From Alphaproteobacteria bacterium (GTDB lineage: Bacteria > Pseudomonadota > Alphaproteobacteria > Bin95), in NCBI GenBank assembly GCA_964291285.2, contig OZ219786.1, forward strand, positions 800,001 to 864,000: a stretch of DNA of 64,000 nucleotides, in the 5' to 3' direction. The translations under genes and the position numbers were made by a program. Under the pieces are notes generated by a model. The model did no database searches, was not told the DNA's origin, and saw only the letters and a program-made list of their open reading frames with translations. The first letter of the stretch is position 1; each line of letters opens with the position of its first letter. Positions 38,682 through 50,179 of this stretch are shown piece by piece.

Positions 38682-40695
38682 CCCGACTTCCGCAACTCGG
38701 GGGTCATGAGGATGCTAACTCATTGAATAGCCTTGATCGTCTCCCCGAGGGTCGGCACTACAAGGCGGCGAACGGAGAGGCGGCGCCGTGTGCCGTCAGG
38801 CGGAGATCCGGGGTGCGGGTTGCTGCGGCCAGGTCATGCCGAGCTGTTGCAGCAGTAGCTCGTGCTCCTTGTTCGGCCGGGTGTGGCGCGGCAGGACGAG
38901 GTGCCGGCCGTCGGTGGTTGGCAGATGGACGTCCACCATCTGGATGGTGGCGAAGGCCTCAAGGATGGCGCGTGGGGTGAGGCCCGGGGCGCGCGGCCGG
39001 GCGAGGTTCTTCAGGGTCACCAGCAGGCAGTAGGCGATGAACGAGACGAAGATATGCGCCTCGATGCGCTCTTGGCGCTGATGGAAGATGGGGCGGATCG
39101 CGAGGTCGTGCTTGAGTTCCTTGAACGCCTGCTCGATCTCGACGAGCTGCATGTACAGATGCCACAGCGTGGCGGGGTCTTCGGCGACCATGTTGGATCG
39201 CAGCAGGTAACGGCCCTCGCGGCGGCGGACCTGGCGCAGCCGGTCGCGCTGCAGGCGGAATGAGAAGCCGTTGGCGGCGAGTTCGCTGTCGGTCCCGGGC
39301 ACGGTGATGTCGACCAGGCTCCAGGCCCGGCCGGCCTCCTTCCTGGCGGCGCCGAGCTTGAGCAACAACTGATCCCGGCTGTTCGACTGCCCTTGCAACT
39401 CGGCCAATCGACGCCACAGCCTCTTCAGCCGGCGCCGGCGCATGCCGCGTTCCTTCACCTGCCGCCCCTCGCTGCGCACCAGGACGTAGAGCTCGCCATC
39501 CTCGACCAGAAGCTTGACAGTCACGGACTGGCGCACCTCCTGCCAGGGCAGGCCCAGGAACACCTTCTCGAGCCGCGTCAGCCGGCCCTTGGGCGTGCCC
39601 ACCAGGTAGCGCACCGGCGCCTCGCCCTCGCGCATCGCGGCCAGCGTCTCCTCGGTGGGGATGCCGCGGTCCATGATCCACACCCGCTCGGAGCGGCCAT
39701 ACTGATCCTCGATCTTCTTGAGGAACGCCGCCAGCGTGGTGTCGTCGGAGGTGTTGCCCGGCATCACCTCATAGGCCAGCGGAAAGCCCTGCGGCGTAAC
39801 GATCAGGGCGATCACCACCTGCACGCAGTCGGGCCGCTTGTCCCGGCTGTAGCCGAAGCGGCGCTTGTCATCGAACGGCGGATCGCTCTCGAAGTAGGTC
39901 GAGGTCAGGTCGTAGAGCAGCACGTCGAAGCGCGCCTCGAACAGCGTCGCCCAGCGGTCGCGCAGAAACGAGAAGAAGCCCTGCTTGTGCGCCAGCAGCT
40001 TGTCGAGACAGCGATAGAGTGTGTCGTCGGCGATCGCCCGCTCGCCACCCAGAAGATCGCGAAGCGCGCTGTGCTCATACCAGTGACGGTGAAGGCGCCA
40101 CTCGCTGCCCGGGTCGATCAGCCGGTAGCAGACCTGGATCTTCAGGATGTCCAGCCACCGCGTGCCTTGCCGGCTCGCCGGCAGCCGCTCTTCCCAGAAG
40201 CGGTCCAGGTCCAGGCGGTCCCACAAGGACAGCGCCAGCCAGCACGCCCCCCACTGGCGCGGGTCGTGAAGCGCCACCTGCGAGAGGTCGATCTTCACCA
40301 CTTCGCAAGTCAGCGCCGGCGCCTCCCGGTCCTCGGGAAACAGCGCCATCTGCCGTGATCGCGACTTGCCCTCCACCACCTCGATCGAGCGGCACCACGC
40401 CGCTCGCTGGCTGTCGTTGATCTCCCCGAGATAGAGCACCTGACGCTGAACAACCCGACCGCCGTGGACCCGGACGTTCTCCACAACGCTCCAGTAGCGG
40501 TGCTCCTTGCCGTCCTTGAAGCGTCTCTTGCAGCGCACGAACATCAGCGCAGCGTCCGGATCTTCGCCAGCCCGATCAAGGGGGTAGGTCGGCACTACAA
40601 GCCGGTCCCGAGAGGTACTGCACCGAAATCCGACACTTCTCGCGCCGGAAAACCGTCAAATCAGTCGATTCTCAAGCCGAGTTGCGGAAGTCGGG
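38682..40695 (-). mobile_element. IS1634-family insertion sequence, 2014 bp
   Basis: Perfect 19-bp IR CCCGACTTCCGCAACTCGG; CTAG duplicated on both sides. Excision restores ...APALLGVGAAK... Confidence 0.93.
38796..40544 (-). CDS. IS1634-family DDE transposase
   Basis: LYRCLD, YDLTSTYFE, FGYSRDKRPD, MDRG, IEQAFKELK...RPIFHQ...RIEAHI. Confidence 0.93.
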   Translation of the reverse strand: MFVRCKRRFKDGKEHRYWSVVENVRVHGGRVVQRQVLYLGEINDSQRAAWCRSIEVVEGKSRSRQMALFPEDREAPALTCEVVKIDLSQVALHDPRQWGACWLALSLWDRLDLDRFWEERLPASRQGTRWLDILKIQVCYRLIDPGSEWRLHRHWYEHSALRDLLGGERAIADDTLYRCLDKLLAHKQGFFSFLRDRWATLFEARFDVLLYDLTSTYFESDPPFDDKRRFGYSRDKRPDCVQVVIALIVTPQGFPLAYEVMPGNTSDDTTLAAFLKKIEDQYGRSERVWIMDRGIPTEETLAAMREGEAPVRYLVGTPKGRLTRLEKVFLGLPWQEVRQSVTVKLLVEDGELYVLVRSEGRQVKERGMRRRRLKRLWRRLAELQGQSNSRDQLLLKLGAARKEAGRAWSLVDITVPGTDSELAANGFSFRLQRDRLRQVRRREGRYLLRSNMVAEDPATLWHLYMQLVEIEQAFKELKHDLAIRPIFHQRQERIEAHIFVSFIAYCLLVTLKNLARPRAPGLTPRAILEAFATIQMVDVHLPTTDGRHLVLPRHTRPNKEHELLLQQLGMTWPQQPAPRISA

Positions 40696-41513
40696 CTAGA
40701 AGCGCCGGCGCGAGCCAGGGAAACAAGGGACGGAAATCGCTTGCCGCGGGCGCGACGCTCCCGAGGCCGAGCCAACTCAGCGCCGATGCGTTCAACCACT
40801 CGATCGCAATGAGTTCATCGACCGCGAAGACCGCAGCCGCGAATGCCACGGCCAGCCACCAAGGAGCGCGGAGAAATGCGAGCCCGGCGATGCTCGCAAT
40901 CGCGATCATGTGCAGGATGCCGAAAAAGATGTAGGTCTCCGGTGTCACGAACCGTGTCACGATGGTGATCGCCAGTGCAGCAAGCACGATGATAACGAGG
41001 CGCCGCCTCCATGGTCTCCACCGATTCCGTCGCTGTGCGCGAGATAGAGGCTGGCGCCGGTAAGAAAGAGAAAGCTGCCGGCGACAATGGTCGCAAGCGT
41101 CCACCAATGGAGCTGCTCCGAGTAGCCGCGTTCTTCCAGGCCGAAAAACTCAAGGTCGAAAACGAAATGGAAGACGGTCATGCCGAGCAAGGCCGCGCCC
41201 CGGAGGAAGTCCACGAGTGCGATGCGGGGGACCGCGCCCGACGGGGCGGGCGGCGGGTTCGCATCTTTTCTTTCCGCCCGGTGCTTCCTTGCCCGTCTTC
41301 GCGCCATGTGGACAGGTTCCTTCGCTGTCGGCAAGGATAAGGTCCTGCGAGAAACCAATATACGATAATGCGACGTTTGACCGGATTGGACCGGCCCCTC
41401 CAACCGGCTCCCTCGACCCGGACGGCCGCGGGCCAGCCCCCGGATGCTTCTTTCGGGCATCGGCCTTCGCGTTTGCCGCCGCCATGGGGCGGCTGTGCGT
41501 TAAGGACCCTGCT

Positions 41514-42632
41514 CTACCGCAGGCGTTCGATCACGAGGTTCTGGAAGCTCCGTATCGAGTCCTCCCAGACCGGCGAGAGGACGCCGCCGCCGGCGGCCAC
41601 ATCGCTGGCGCGCCCCTGCTGGAGCCGCTCGCACATGGCGTGGTCCTCGCGATGCACCTCCCGCCAGAGCGCAGCCAACCGCCCGGCCCGTCCGCCCGAG
41701 CCCGGCGCCGGGTCGTCCAGGCTGTAGATCGCGCGCCTTTGCAGGGTGCGGCCGGGCGCCAGCGGCGTGTCGAGATGCACACCCACCTGGTCCGGCAGGT
41801 AGAGCCCGAACACGAAGTTCGGAAACAGCGTGAGGAAGCGCGAGTCCTCGGACAGCACGTCTTTCCGCCTCGCGTCGCGGGAGACATCGACGGCGCAGCC
41901 GAGGCAGCCGGAGTCGTTCACCGTGTAATGGTCCGCGAGAGGCTGGTCGGTGGTGCGGGAATGCACGAACTGCACATGATAGGGCTCGATGAAATTTTCC
42001 ATCAGCAGCTTCCAGTTCGCGCCGACTTCCCCGAGGTCGATGGTCGCGAGGTGCTGCATCCGCGAGAGGTCGAACCCGTCCAGCCGGCTCCGGAGCGGGG
42101 CGGTGAATTCCTCGAACGGCGGCGCACCGCCGTCCAGGTTCAGGAAAATCCAGTCGTGCCAGACCGCGGAGCGCACCGGGACCAGCCCGTGCTGCGAGCG
42201 GTCGAAGCCGGGCGGCGCGGCGCGCGGCTCGCGCCCGCCGAAATAGGGAGCGGCGCGGAGCCTGCCGTCGAGGCCGTAGGTCCAGGAATGGTACGGGCAG
42301 CGGATCGACCGCCCGACATTGCCCGGCTCGTCCACGAGCTTGAGGCAGCGGTGGCGGCACACATTGTGGAACGCCCTGATCCGGCCGTCCGCGCCGCGCA
42401 CCAGCAGGACGGGCCTGCCGGCGACGGTGACGGGAGCCGTGTCGCCGGGCCGGGCCAGCTCGTGCGCGAAGCCCGCAAACACCCAGGACCGCGAGAAGAT
42501 CCGTTCGTTCTCAAGCGCGAAGAACGCTTCGCTCGTATAGGCCGAGGCAGGCAGCCCGCACGCCACGGGAGCGGGCGCCTCGAACGCGGCGAGCGTCTGC
42601 GCTCCGATGACGCTCTGCAGGGACAATTCCAC
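41514..42632 (-). CDS. Rieske non-heme iron oxygenase alpha subunit (choline/betaine monooxygenase-like)
   Basis: CRHR...CPYH Rieske motif, NWKLLMENFIEPYHVQFVH, EDHAMCE. Confidence 0.92.
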   Translation of the reverse strand: MELSLQSVIGAQTLAAFEAPAPVACGLPASAYTSEAFFALENERIFSRSWVFAGFAHELARPGDTAPVTVAGRPVLLVRGADGRIRAFHNVCRHRCLKLVDEPGNVGRSIRCPYHSWTYGLDGRLRAAPYFGGREPRAAPPGFDRSQHGLVPVRSAVWHDWIFLNLDGGAPPFEEFTAPLRSRLDGFDLSRMQHLATIDLGEVGANWKLLMENFIEPYHVQFVHSRTTDQPLADHYTVNDSGCLGCAVDVSRDARRKDVLSEDSRFLTLFPNFVFGLYLPDQVGVHLDTPLAPGRTLQRRAIYSLDDPAPGSGGRAGRLAALWREVHREDHAMCERLQQGRASDVAAGGGVLSPVWEDSIRSFQNLVIERLR

Positions 42633-42798
42633 GACGGTCCCCCGGGCTGCGTGAGAACGGAGGCGACGATTACCCGGACGGGACGGCGGAATTTGCCCGC
42701 GGCCGACCGAAGAGTTGCCGAATTCCGACGCGGGCGCCGGGGCCTTGGCTTCGGCGATCGCACGGGTATATAAGCGGGGCGAAGGAGCGCAACCCGGA

Positions 42799-43113
42799 AT
42801 GACCGACTACGAAATGGCCTCGCTGGCTCTGCAGGAAGCCTCCCTGGCCTTGCAGGAACTCTCGATCTGGGCGACCGTCGGCGTCGGGTTCCTGCACGCT
42901 GCGCTGATCGGCTGCGGGTTGTGGATGATGCTCCGCGCTTCCTCCGACCGGAACCGCGCGATGGACGAGGACCGCCGGGTCGCCGAGCAGCGCCACGAAG
43001 AAGCGCAACAGCGCCACGAAGAAGCGCAACAGCGCCACGAGGAGGCGATGGCCGCCCTCAAGGCGTTGATCGAGAGGACCGCGCCTCCGCGTCCGGCCCC
43101 GGCCGCCGAATAG
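42799..43113 (+). CDS. Small single-TM protein with heptad repeats
   Basis: AAGGAG upstream; ASLALQE x2, one TM segment, QRHEEAQ x3. Confidence 0.7.
   Translation: MTDYEMASLALQEASLALQELSIWATVGVGFLHAALIGCGLWMMLRASSDRNRAMDEDRRVAEQRHEEAQQRHEEAQQRHEEAMAALKALIERTAPPRPAPAAE
42988..43050 (+). repeat. 21-bp coding tandem repeat x3
   Basis: CAGCGCCACGAAGAAGCGCAA twice exactly, plus CAGCGCCACGAGGAGGCGATG. Confidence 0.9.
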
Positions 43114-43125
43114 CGCAGAACTCGC

Positions 43126-43734
43126 TCAGGCGGAGGTGGGACGCGCCTTCATGCGCTCGAACCAGGCGGTCACGTTCCCGTTCTCGGGCGCGATGTCCTG
43201 GCCGACCGTCTTGCCGAAGGCAAGGAAGCAGTAGAGCAGGATGTCGGCGAGGCTGATGCGGTCGCCGCAGAGGAACTGCCTGCCGTCCATCAGCCCGTCG
43301 AGCCAGGCGATCTTGTCCTGCGCGATGGCCTTCAGGCCGTCGGACGCCTCCGGCAGGCAGCGCATCCGGCTCTGGAACATTCTCAGTCCTTCGCCGTAGC
43401 GGAAGCCGCTGGTGAGCGGCTCGCAGATATTGAGATCGACCCGGCGGGTCCACATGCGGGTCTCGGCGCGTTCCTCCGGCGTCGAGCCGATCAGCGGCGA
43501 GCCGCCCTGCCGGTCCGCCAGATATTCGCAGATCGCGGTGATCTCGGCGATATGGCTGCCGTCGTCGAGCTCCAGGCAGGGGCTCTGGCCGGACGGGTTC
43601 TTCGAGAGATACTCGTCTTCCCGGTTGACGCCCTTGAGGATATCGACCTTCTCCTCGGGCACCTCGATGCCGGCCTCGGCCATGAACATGCGCACGACAT
43701 GCGGGTTCGGCCCGATGGATGTGTAGAGCTTCAT
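43126..43734 (-). CDS. Glutathione S-transferase family protein
   Basis: MKLYTSIGPNP, NPSGQSPCLELDDG, EITAICEYL, ISLADI. Confidence 0.92.
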   Translation of the reverse strand: MKLYTSIGPNPHVVRMFMAEAGIEVPEEKVDILKGVNREDEYLSKNPSGQSPCLELDDGSHIAEITAICEYLADRQGGSPLIGSTPEERAETRMWTRRVDLNICEPLTSGFRYGEGLRMFQSRMRCLPEASDGLKAIAQDKIAWLDGLMDGRQFLCGDRISLADILLYCFLAFGKTVGQDIAPENGNVTAWFERMKARPTSA

Positions 43735-43769
43735 GGGAGAGCGTCCTTCCTTGCCAGGGTTTGCGTCGT

Positions 43770-45179
43770 TCAGACGTGGATCGGGCGGCCGTCCACGGCG
43801 AGCGCCGCTTCCTTGACCGCCTCGTTGAGGGTCGGGTGGGCGTGGCAGGTCCGCGCGATGTCCTCGGCCGAGGCGCCGAACTCCATCGCCAGCGCCGCCT
43901 CGGCGATCATCGTGCCCGCATCCGCGCCCAGGATATGCACGCCGAGCACCCGGTCCGTGCGCCTGTCGGCCAGGATCTTGACGAAACCCTCGGTCTCGCC
44001 GCTGCAGCGGGCGCGGCTGTTGGCCTGGAACGGGAAGCGCCCGACGGCGTAGTCGATGCCCGCCTCCTTCAGCGCTTCCTCCGTCCGGCCCACGGCCGCC
44101 GCCTCCGGCCATGTATAGACCACGCCCGGAATCGCGTCATAGTCGATATGGCCGGACTGGCCGGCGATGATCTCGGCGCAGACCACGCCCTCGTCCTCGG
44201 CCTTGTGCGCCAGCATCGGCCCGCGCACCACGTCGCCGATGGCATAGACGCCGGCCGCGCTCGTGCGGAAATGTTCGTCGATCCCGATCCGGCCCTGGGC
44301 GTCCGTCTCGATGCCGACGCTCTCGAGCCCGAGGCCCTCCGTATAGGGCCGCCGCCCGACCGCGACCAGCACGGCGTCCGCCTCGACCGCCGCAGCCTCG
44401 CCCGAGGCCATGTTCTCGACCGAAAGCGCCACACCCTTCCTGCCGGTCTTCGCGCCGGTCACCTTGTGGCCGAGCATGAAGGCGAAGCCCTTCTTCTTCA
44501 GGATGCGGTGCATCCCCTTGGCCACGTCGCCGTCCATGCCCGGAAGGATGCGGTCGAGGAACTCGACCACCGTCACCTTCGCGCCGAGCCGGCTCCAGAC
44601 GAGGGCCATCTCCAGCCCGATATAGCCGGCGCCGATGACGGCGAGGCGCTCCGGTACGGCTTCGAGCGCGAGCGCGCCGGTGGAGGAGAGGATGCGCTTC
44701 TCGTCGATCCCGATGCCCGGCAGGCCCGCCGGCTCGGACCCGGTGGCGATGACGATATTGCGGGCCTCCAGCACGCGGGGCTCCCCGTCTTCGGGAGCAA
44801 TCTCGACGCGGCCCGGCCCGGCGATGCGGCCGGTGCCCGCGACATGCTCCACCTTGTGCTTGCGGAACAGGAAGCCGATGCCTTTCGTAAGGTCGCGCAC
44901 CACCCTGTCCTTGCCGGCCATCATCGCCGCCAGATCGACCTCGACGCCGCCGGGGGCGAGGATGCCGCGCTTCGCGAAGCCGTCGCGCGCCTGCTCGAAC
45001 AGGTGCGTGCTGTGCAGCAGTTCCTTCGAGGGAATGCAGCCGACATTCAGGCAGGTGCCGCCGAGCGCCGCCCGCTTCTCGACGCAGGCGGTGCGCATGC
45101 CGAGCTGCGCCGCCCGGATCGCCGCCACATAGCCGCCCGGCCCGCCGCCGATGACGACGGTATCGAAGCTGTCGGTCAT
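43770..45179 (-). CDS. lpdA: Dihydrolipoyl dehydrogenase
   Basis: GGGPGGY, GGTCLNVGCIPSK, GAGYIGLE, HAHPT. Confidence 0.97.
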   Translation of the reverse strand: MTDSFDTVVIGGGPGGYVAAIRAAQLGMRTACVEKRAALGGTCLNVGCIPSKELLHSTHLFEQARDGFAKRGILAPGGVEVDLAAMMAGKDRVVRDLTKGIGFLFRKHKVEHVAGTGRIAGPGRVEIAPEDGEPRVLEARNIVIATGSEPAGLPGIGIDEKRILSSTGALALEAVPERLAVIGAGYIGLEMALVWSRLGAKVTVVEFLDRILPGMDGDVAKGMHRILKKKGFAFMLGHKVTGAKTGRKGVALSVENMASGEAAAVEADAVLVAVGRRPYTEGLGLESVGIETDAQGRIGIDEHFRTSAAGVYAIGDVVRGPMLAHKAEDEGVVCAEIIAGQSGHIDYDAIPGVVYTWPEAAAVGRTEEALKEAGIDYAVGRFPFQANSRARCSGETEGFVKILADRRTDRVLGVHILGADAGTMIAEAALAMEFGASAEDIARTCHAHPTLNEAVKEAALAVDGRPIHV

Positions 45180-45194
45180 GGAGTTCCCCGTTCC

Positions 45195-46391
45195 TCAGAC
45201 GTCGAGCAGCAGGCGCTCGGGATTCTCGATCGCTTCCTTGACGCGCACCAGGAAGGTGACGGACTCGGACCCGTCGATGATCCGGTGGTCGTAGGAGAGC
45301 GCCAGATACATCATCGGCCTGATCTCGACCTTGCCGTCCACCGCGACCGGGCGGTCCTCGATCTTGTGCATGCCGAGAATGCCGGACTGCGGCGGGTTGA
45401 GGATCGGCGCCGACATCAGCGAGCCGTAAACCCCGCCGTTCGAGATCGTGAAGGTGCCGCCGGTGAGGTCGTCCATGGAGAGCTTGCCGTCCCGCGCCCG
45501 CGCGCCGAGATCGGCGATGCTGCGCTCGACCTCGGCGAATCTCATGGCGTCGGCGTCCTTCAGCACCGGCACCACCAGGCCCTGCGCCGTGCCGACGGCC
45601 ACGCCGATGTCGTAGTGGTTCTTGTAGATGACGTCGCCGCCGTCGATCTCGGCATTGACCGCGGGAATTTCCTTGAGCGCGCCGATGCAGGCCTTGACGA
45701 AGAAGGACATGAAGCCGAGCCGCACGCCGTGGCGCGTCTCGAACGCCTCGCGGTAGCGCCGGCGGAGCGCCACCACGCCGCTCATGTCCGCCTCGTTGAA
45801 GGTGGTGAGCATGGCGGCGGTGTTCTGCGCGTCCTTCAGCCGCTCGGCGATGCGCCGGCGCAGGCGCGACATCCGCACCCGCTCCTCGCGCGGATGGTCC
45901 GGGCGCGGCGGTCTCGGGGCTGCAGGCGGCGGAGGTGAAGCGGCAGGGGCCGGCGCGGCGGCGGCCTCGAGATGGGCAAGCACGTCGGCCTTGGTGATCC
46001 GGCCGTCCTTGCCGGTGCCGGCGACGACCTCGGGCGCAAGGGCGTTGTCCGCCAGCAGCTTGCGCGCCGCCGGCGAGAGCGGCGGGGCGTCGGCGGGAGC
46101 AGCCGGGGCCGGCTCCCTGGCCTTCGGCGCGGGAGCGGCCTTCGCAGGCGCGGCGCCTGCCGCCATCCGGCCCAGCACGGCGCCGACCTCCACTTCCTCG
46201 CCCTCGCCCGCGAGAATCTCTTCCAGCACGCCGCTGCGGGGCGCCGGCACCTCGACCGTGACCTTGTCGGTTTCGAGTTCGACCAGCGGCTCGTCCGCCT
46301 CCACCGCGTCGCCCGGCGCCTTCATCCAGCGGGCGACGGTCGCCTCGCTGATGCTCTCGCCGAGCTGCGGCACCTGGATCTCGATCGCCAT
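45195..46391 (-). CDS. sucB: 2-oxoglutarate dehydrogenase E2 succinyltransferase
   Basis: Lipoyl [26 protein letters not shown]. Confidence 0.97.
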   Translation of the reverse strand: MAIEIQVPQLGESISEATVARWMKAPGDAVEADEPLVELETDKVTVEVPAPRSGVLEEILAGEGEEVEVGAVLGRMAAGAAPAKAAPAPKAREPAPAAPADAPPLSPAARKLLADNALAPEVVAGTGKDGRITKADVLAHLEAAAAPAPAASPPPPAAPRPPRPDHPREERVRMSRLRRRIAERLKDAQNTAAMLTTFNEADMSGVVALRRRYREAFETRHGVRLGFMSFFVKACIGALKEIPAVNAEIDGGDVIYKNHYDIGVAVGTAQGLVVPVLKDADAMRFAEVERSIADLGARARDGKLSMDDLTGGTFTISNGGVYGSLMSAPILNPPQSGILGMHKIEDRPVAVDGKVEIRPMMYLALSYDHRIIDGSESVTFLVRVKEAIENPERLLLDV

Positions 46392-46410
46392 CGCCTGGTC
46401 TCTCCTCCGG

Positions 46411-49263
46411 TCAGCCCGCGCCAAGCGCTTCGGCGACCAGCGCCCTCTGCTCGAAATTATGCCGTGTCAGCAGCCCGGTCGCCGGCGACGCCGCTGCCGG
46501 CCTGCCGACGTAACGGGGCCGGCGCGCGCTCGCGCCCATATCCTCCAGCACCGCCTCGATGCGCCGGTCCACGAAGGTCCAGGCCCCCATGTTCTCCGGC
46601 TCTTCCTGGCACCAGACGATCTCGGCCTTCGGGTAGCGGGCGAGTTCCTCGGCGAGCGTGCCCTCGGGGAAGGGGTAAAGCTGCTCGACGCGCAGCAGCG
46701 CCACATCGCGGACACCCTCCTGCCGACGCTGCTGCAGCAGGTCGTAATAGACCTTGCCGGAGCAGAGCACGACACGGCGGACCGCCTCGCCTTCGGCGAT
46801 CTCGTCGACTTCCGGATTGACCCGGTGGAAGGAGGAGCCGTCGGCAAGCTCGTCGAGCCCTGACACGCAGAGCCTGTGCCGCAGGAGCGATTTCGGCGTC
46901 ATCACGATCAGCGGCTTGCGGAACTCCCGCCTCACCTGCCGGCGCAGCGCGTGGAAGTAGTTGGCCGGCGTGGTCGGGTAGATCACCTGCATGTTGTCTT
47001 CCGCGCAAAGCTGGAGATAGCGCTCCAGCCGCGCCGAGGAGTGCTCCGGCCCCTGGCCCTCGTAGCCGTGCGGCAACAGCATGACCAACCCGGACATGCG
47101 CAGCCATTTCGACTCGCCCGAGGAGATGAACTGGTCCATCACCACCTGCGCGCCGTTGGCGAAATCGCCGAATTGCGCCTCCCACATCACCAGCGCATGC
47201 GGCTCGCTCTGCGAATAGCCGTATTCGAAGCCGAGCACCGAGGCCTCGGCCAGCGGGCTGTCGATGATCTCGACCCGGCCCTGTTCGGGTCCGATATGCT
47301 GGAGCGGCGTGTATTTGCTCTCGTCCACCTGGTCGCGCAGCACGGCATGGCGCTGCGAGAAGGTGCCGCGTCCGCAGTCCTGCCCGGAGAGGCGCACCGG
47401 AATCCCTTCCTCGGCGAGCGTGCCGAAGGCCAGCGCTTCCGCCGTCGCCCAGTCGAGCCCTTCGCCGGTCTCGAAGACTTTCGCCCTCTGCCGGAACTGG
47501 CGCGCGATCTTGGGGTTGAGGTTGAAGCCCTCCGGCACTGTCGTCAGGCGGCTGCCGACCGCTTGCAACCGGTCGAGGGGCACCGCGGTCGAACCGCGCC
47601 GGTCCCCTTCGCTCGCCACCTCGATGCCGCTCCACGCCCCTTCCAGCCAGTCCGCCTTGTTGGGCTTGTAGCTGCTCGCGGCCTCGAAATCGCGGTCCAG
47701 CTTGGCGCGGAAGTCCTCGACGATGCCGTCCGCCTCGTCGGGTCCGATAAGGCCCTCCGCGGCCAGACGGCCGGCGTAGATCGCCCTGGTGGTCGCATGC
47801 CTGTCGATGGCGTCATACATGATCGGCTGGGTGAAGGCCGGCTCGTCCGCCTCGTTGTGCCCCTGGCGGCGATAGCAATACATGTCGATGACGACATCGC
47901 GCTTGAAGCGGAAGCGGAACTCGGTGGCGATCCGCGCCACATGCACCACCGCCTCGGGATCGTCGCCGTTCACATGGAAGACGGGCGCCTGGACGATCTG
48001 CGCCATGCCGGAGCAATAGGGGCTGGAGCGCGAGTCCGTCGGCGAGGTGGTGAAGCCGATCTGGTTGTTGATGACGACGTGGATGGTGCCGCCGACCTTG
48101 TAGCCCTTGAGCTCGGAGAGCTCGAAGGTCTCCGCGACGAGGCCCTGCCCGATGAACGCGGCGTCGCCATGCAGCAGGATCGGCATGACCTTGTCGCGCT
48201 CATCGTCGCCGCGCTGCTCCTGCTTGGCCCGCGCGCGCCCGATGACGACCGGGTTGACGACCTCCAGATGGCTGGGATTGGGGCAAAGCGAGAGATGGAT
48301 GACATTGCCGTCGAACTCGCGGTCCGACGATGTGCCGAGATGGTATTTCACATCGCCCGAGCCCTGCACGTCCTCGGGGTTCGCAGGCTGGCCCTGGAAC
48401 TCGGAGAAGATCGCCTGGAAGGGCTTGCCCATGAAGTTGGCGAGCACGTTCAGCCGCCCCCGGTGGGCCATGCCGATCACCGCTTCCTCCAGCCCCATCT
48501 CGCCGCCGCGCTTGATGATCTGCTCCAGCGCCGGGATCAGCGCCTCGCCGCCCTCCAGCCCGAAGCGCTTGGTGCCGATATATTTGCGGTCGAGGAAATG
48601 CTCGAAGACCTCCGCCTCCGTCAGCCGCTCCAGAATGGCCCGGCGGCCGCGCTCGGTGAACTGGGTGCGGTTCAGCGGCTGCTCGATACGCCTCTGGATC
48701 CAGGCCTTCTGGTCCGGATCCTGGATATGCATGAATTCAACGCCGATGCTCGAACTGTATATGTCATGCAGCGCCGCCTCGATCTCGCGCATGCTGGCGT
48801 GTTCGCGGCCGAGCACGCCGTCGATGAAGATCGGGCGGTCCCAGTCGTCCTCGCCGAAACCGTAGGTTGCGGGGTCGAGTTCGGGGTGGTGTTCCGGTTC
48901 GTGCAGGCCGAGCGGATCGAGCCTCGCATAGAGATGGCCGCGCACCCGGTAGGCGCGGATGAGCATCAGGGCGCGGATCGAATCATGCGTCGCCTGCCGC
49001 CCGCCCTCGCCGGGTTCCGCAACGGCTCCGTTGCCCGTGCGCGCCGCGTCGTGGCCGTTGCCGATCACCTGCGGGCGCATCCGGCCCCAGGCGGCCGGCG
49101 CGGGGGCCCGGTCCGCGCGCCCGTTCGATTTCAGCTCGGCGAAGAAGCCCGCCCAGCTTTCGTCTACCGAACCCGGGTCGCGCAGATATTGCTCGTAGAG
49201 TTCCGCAATGAAGACGGCATTGCCGCCATGCAGGAAATCATCCGCCTCGGAAGATACCGCCAT
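46411..49263 (-). CDS. sucA: 2-oxoglutarate dehydrogenase E1
   Basis: [43 protein letters not shown]. Confidence 0.98.
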   Translation of the reverse strand: MAVSSEADDFLHGGNAVFIAELYEQYLRDPGSVDESWAGFFAELKSNGRADRAPAPAAWGRMRPQVIGNGHDAARTGNGAVAEPGEGGRQATHDSIRALMLIRAYRVRGHLYARLDPLGLHEPEHHPELDPATYGFGEDDWDRPIFIDGVLGREHASMREIEAALHDIYSSSIGVEFMHIQDPDQKAWIQRRIEQPLNRTQFTERGRRAILERLTEAEVFEHFLDRKYIGTKRFGLEGGEALIPALEQIIKRGGEMGLEEAVIGMAHRGRLNVLANFMGKPFQAIFSEFQGQPANPEDVQGSGDVKYHLGTSSDREFDGNVIHLSLCPNPSHLEVVNPVVIGRARAKQEQRGDDERDKVMPILLHGDAAFIGQGLVAETFELSELKGYKVGGTIHVVINNQIGFTTSPTDSRSSPYCSGMAQIVQAPVFHVNGDDPEAVVHVARIATEFRFRFKRDVVIDMYCYRRQGHNEADEPAFTQPIMYDAIDRHATTRAIYAGRLAAEGLIGPDEADGIVEDFRAKLDRDFEAASSYKPNKADWLEGAWSGIEVASEGDRRGSTAVPLDRLQAVGSRLTTVPEGFNLNPKIARQFRQRAKVFETGEGLDWATAEALAFGTLAEEGIPVRLSGQDCGRGTFSQRHAVLRDQVDESKYTPLQHIGPEQGRVEIIDSPLAEASVLGFEYGYSQSEPHALVMWEAQFGDFANGAQVVMDQFISSGESKWLRMSGLVMLLPHGYEGQGPEHSSARLERYLQLCAEDNMQVIYPTTPANYFHALRRQVRREFRKPLIVMTPKSLLRHRLCVSGLDELADGSSFHRVNPEVDEIAEGEAVRRVVLCSGKVYYDLLQQRRQEGVRDVALLRVEQLYPFPEGTLAEELARYPKAEIVWCQEEPENMGAWTFVDRRIEAVLEDMGASARRPRYVGRPAAASPATGLLTRHNFEQRALVAEALGAG

Positions 49264-49299
49264 TGCCAGTTACCTCCTTCCCGCTTCCTCGCCGGCGCG

Positions 49300-50175
49300 T
49301 CAGCGGCCAAGGGCCTCGAGCATGGTCTCGCCAAGCGCAGCCGGCGAGCGGCTTACCAGAATTCCGGCGTCGGTAAAGGCTTCGATCTTGTTCTCCGCCG
49401 TGCCCTTGCCGCCGGACACGATGGCCCCGGCATGGCCCATGCGCTTGCCGGGCGGCGCCGACGCCCCGGCAATGAAGCCCACGGCCGGCTTGCGCTCCGG
49501 CAGGGAGGCGTAGAACGCGGCCGCGTCTTCCTCCGCGCTGCCGCCGATCTCGCCGATGATGACGACGCCTTCCGTTTCCGGGTCGTCATGGAAGAGCCTC
49601 AGGCAATCGATGAAGTCGGTGCCGTTCACCGGGTCGCCGCCGATGCCGATGCAGGTGGACTGGCCGAGCCCGGCGGCGGTGGTCTGCGCGACGGCCTCGT
49701 AGGTCAGGGTGCCGGAGCGCGAGACAATGCCGATGCGCCCGCGCCGGTGGATATGGCCCGGCATGATGCCGATCTTGCATGCATCGGGCGTGATGGCGCC
49801 CGGGCAATTGGGCCCGATCAGCCGCGAGCCGGACCCCGCAAGGGCCCGCTTGACGCGTACCATGTCGAGCACTGGCACACCTTCGGTGATGCAGACGATG
49901 AGCGGAATCTCCGCGGCCGCCGCCTCCAGCATCGCGTCGGCCGCGAAGGGCGGCGGCACATAGATCACCGTCGCATCGGCCCCGGTTCCGGCCTTCGCTT
50001 CGGCCACGGTATCGAACACCGGCAGCCCGAGATGGCGGCGCCCGCCCTTGCCCGGCGCGACCCCGCCGACCATCCGCGTCCCGTAGTCGATGGCCTGCTG
50101 CGAATGGAAGGTGCCCTGCCTGCCCGTGATCCCCTGGCAGATCACCCGGGTGTTCTCGTCGATCATCACCGCCAT
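49300..50175 (-). CDS. sucD: Succinyl-CoA synthetase alpha subunit
   Basis: [22 protein letters not shown]. Confidence 0.98.
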   Translation of the reverse strand: MAVMIDENTRVICQGITGRQGTFHSQQAIDYGTRMVGGVAPGKGGRRHLGLPVFDTVAEAKAGTGADATVIYVPPPFAADAMLEAAAAEIPLIVCITEGVPVLDMVRVKRALAGSGSRLIGPNCPGAITPDACKIGIMPGHIHRRGRIGIVSRSGTLTYEAVAQTTAAGLGQSTCIGIGGDPVNGTDFIDCLRLFHDDPETEGVVIIGEIGGSAEEDAAAFYASLPERKPAVGFIAGASAPPGKRMGHAGAIVSGGKGTAENKIEAFTDAGILVSRSPAALGETMLEALGR

Positions 50176-50179
50176 GGCC

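Larger units (their letters stand above)
38493..41307 (-). pseudogene. DUF1624 (HGSNAT-like acyltransferase domain) membrane protein, IS-interrupted and frameshifted
   Basis: RIALVDFLRG...FHFVFDL, IFFGILH, DFRPLFPW, GRHSLVYYLLHQP. IS at 38682-40695; 1-nt deletion near 41023. Confidence 0.88.
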
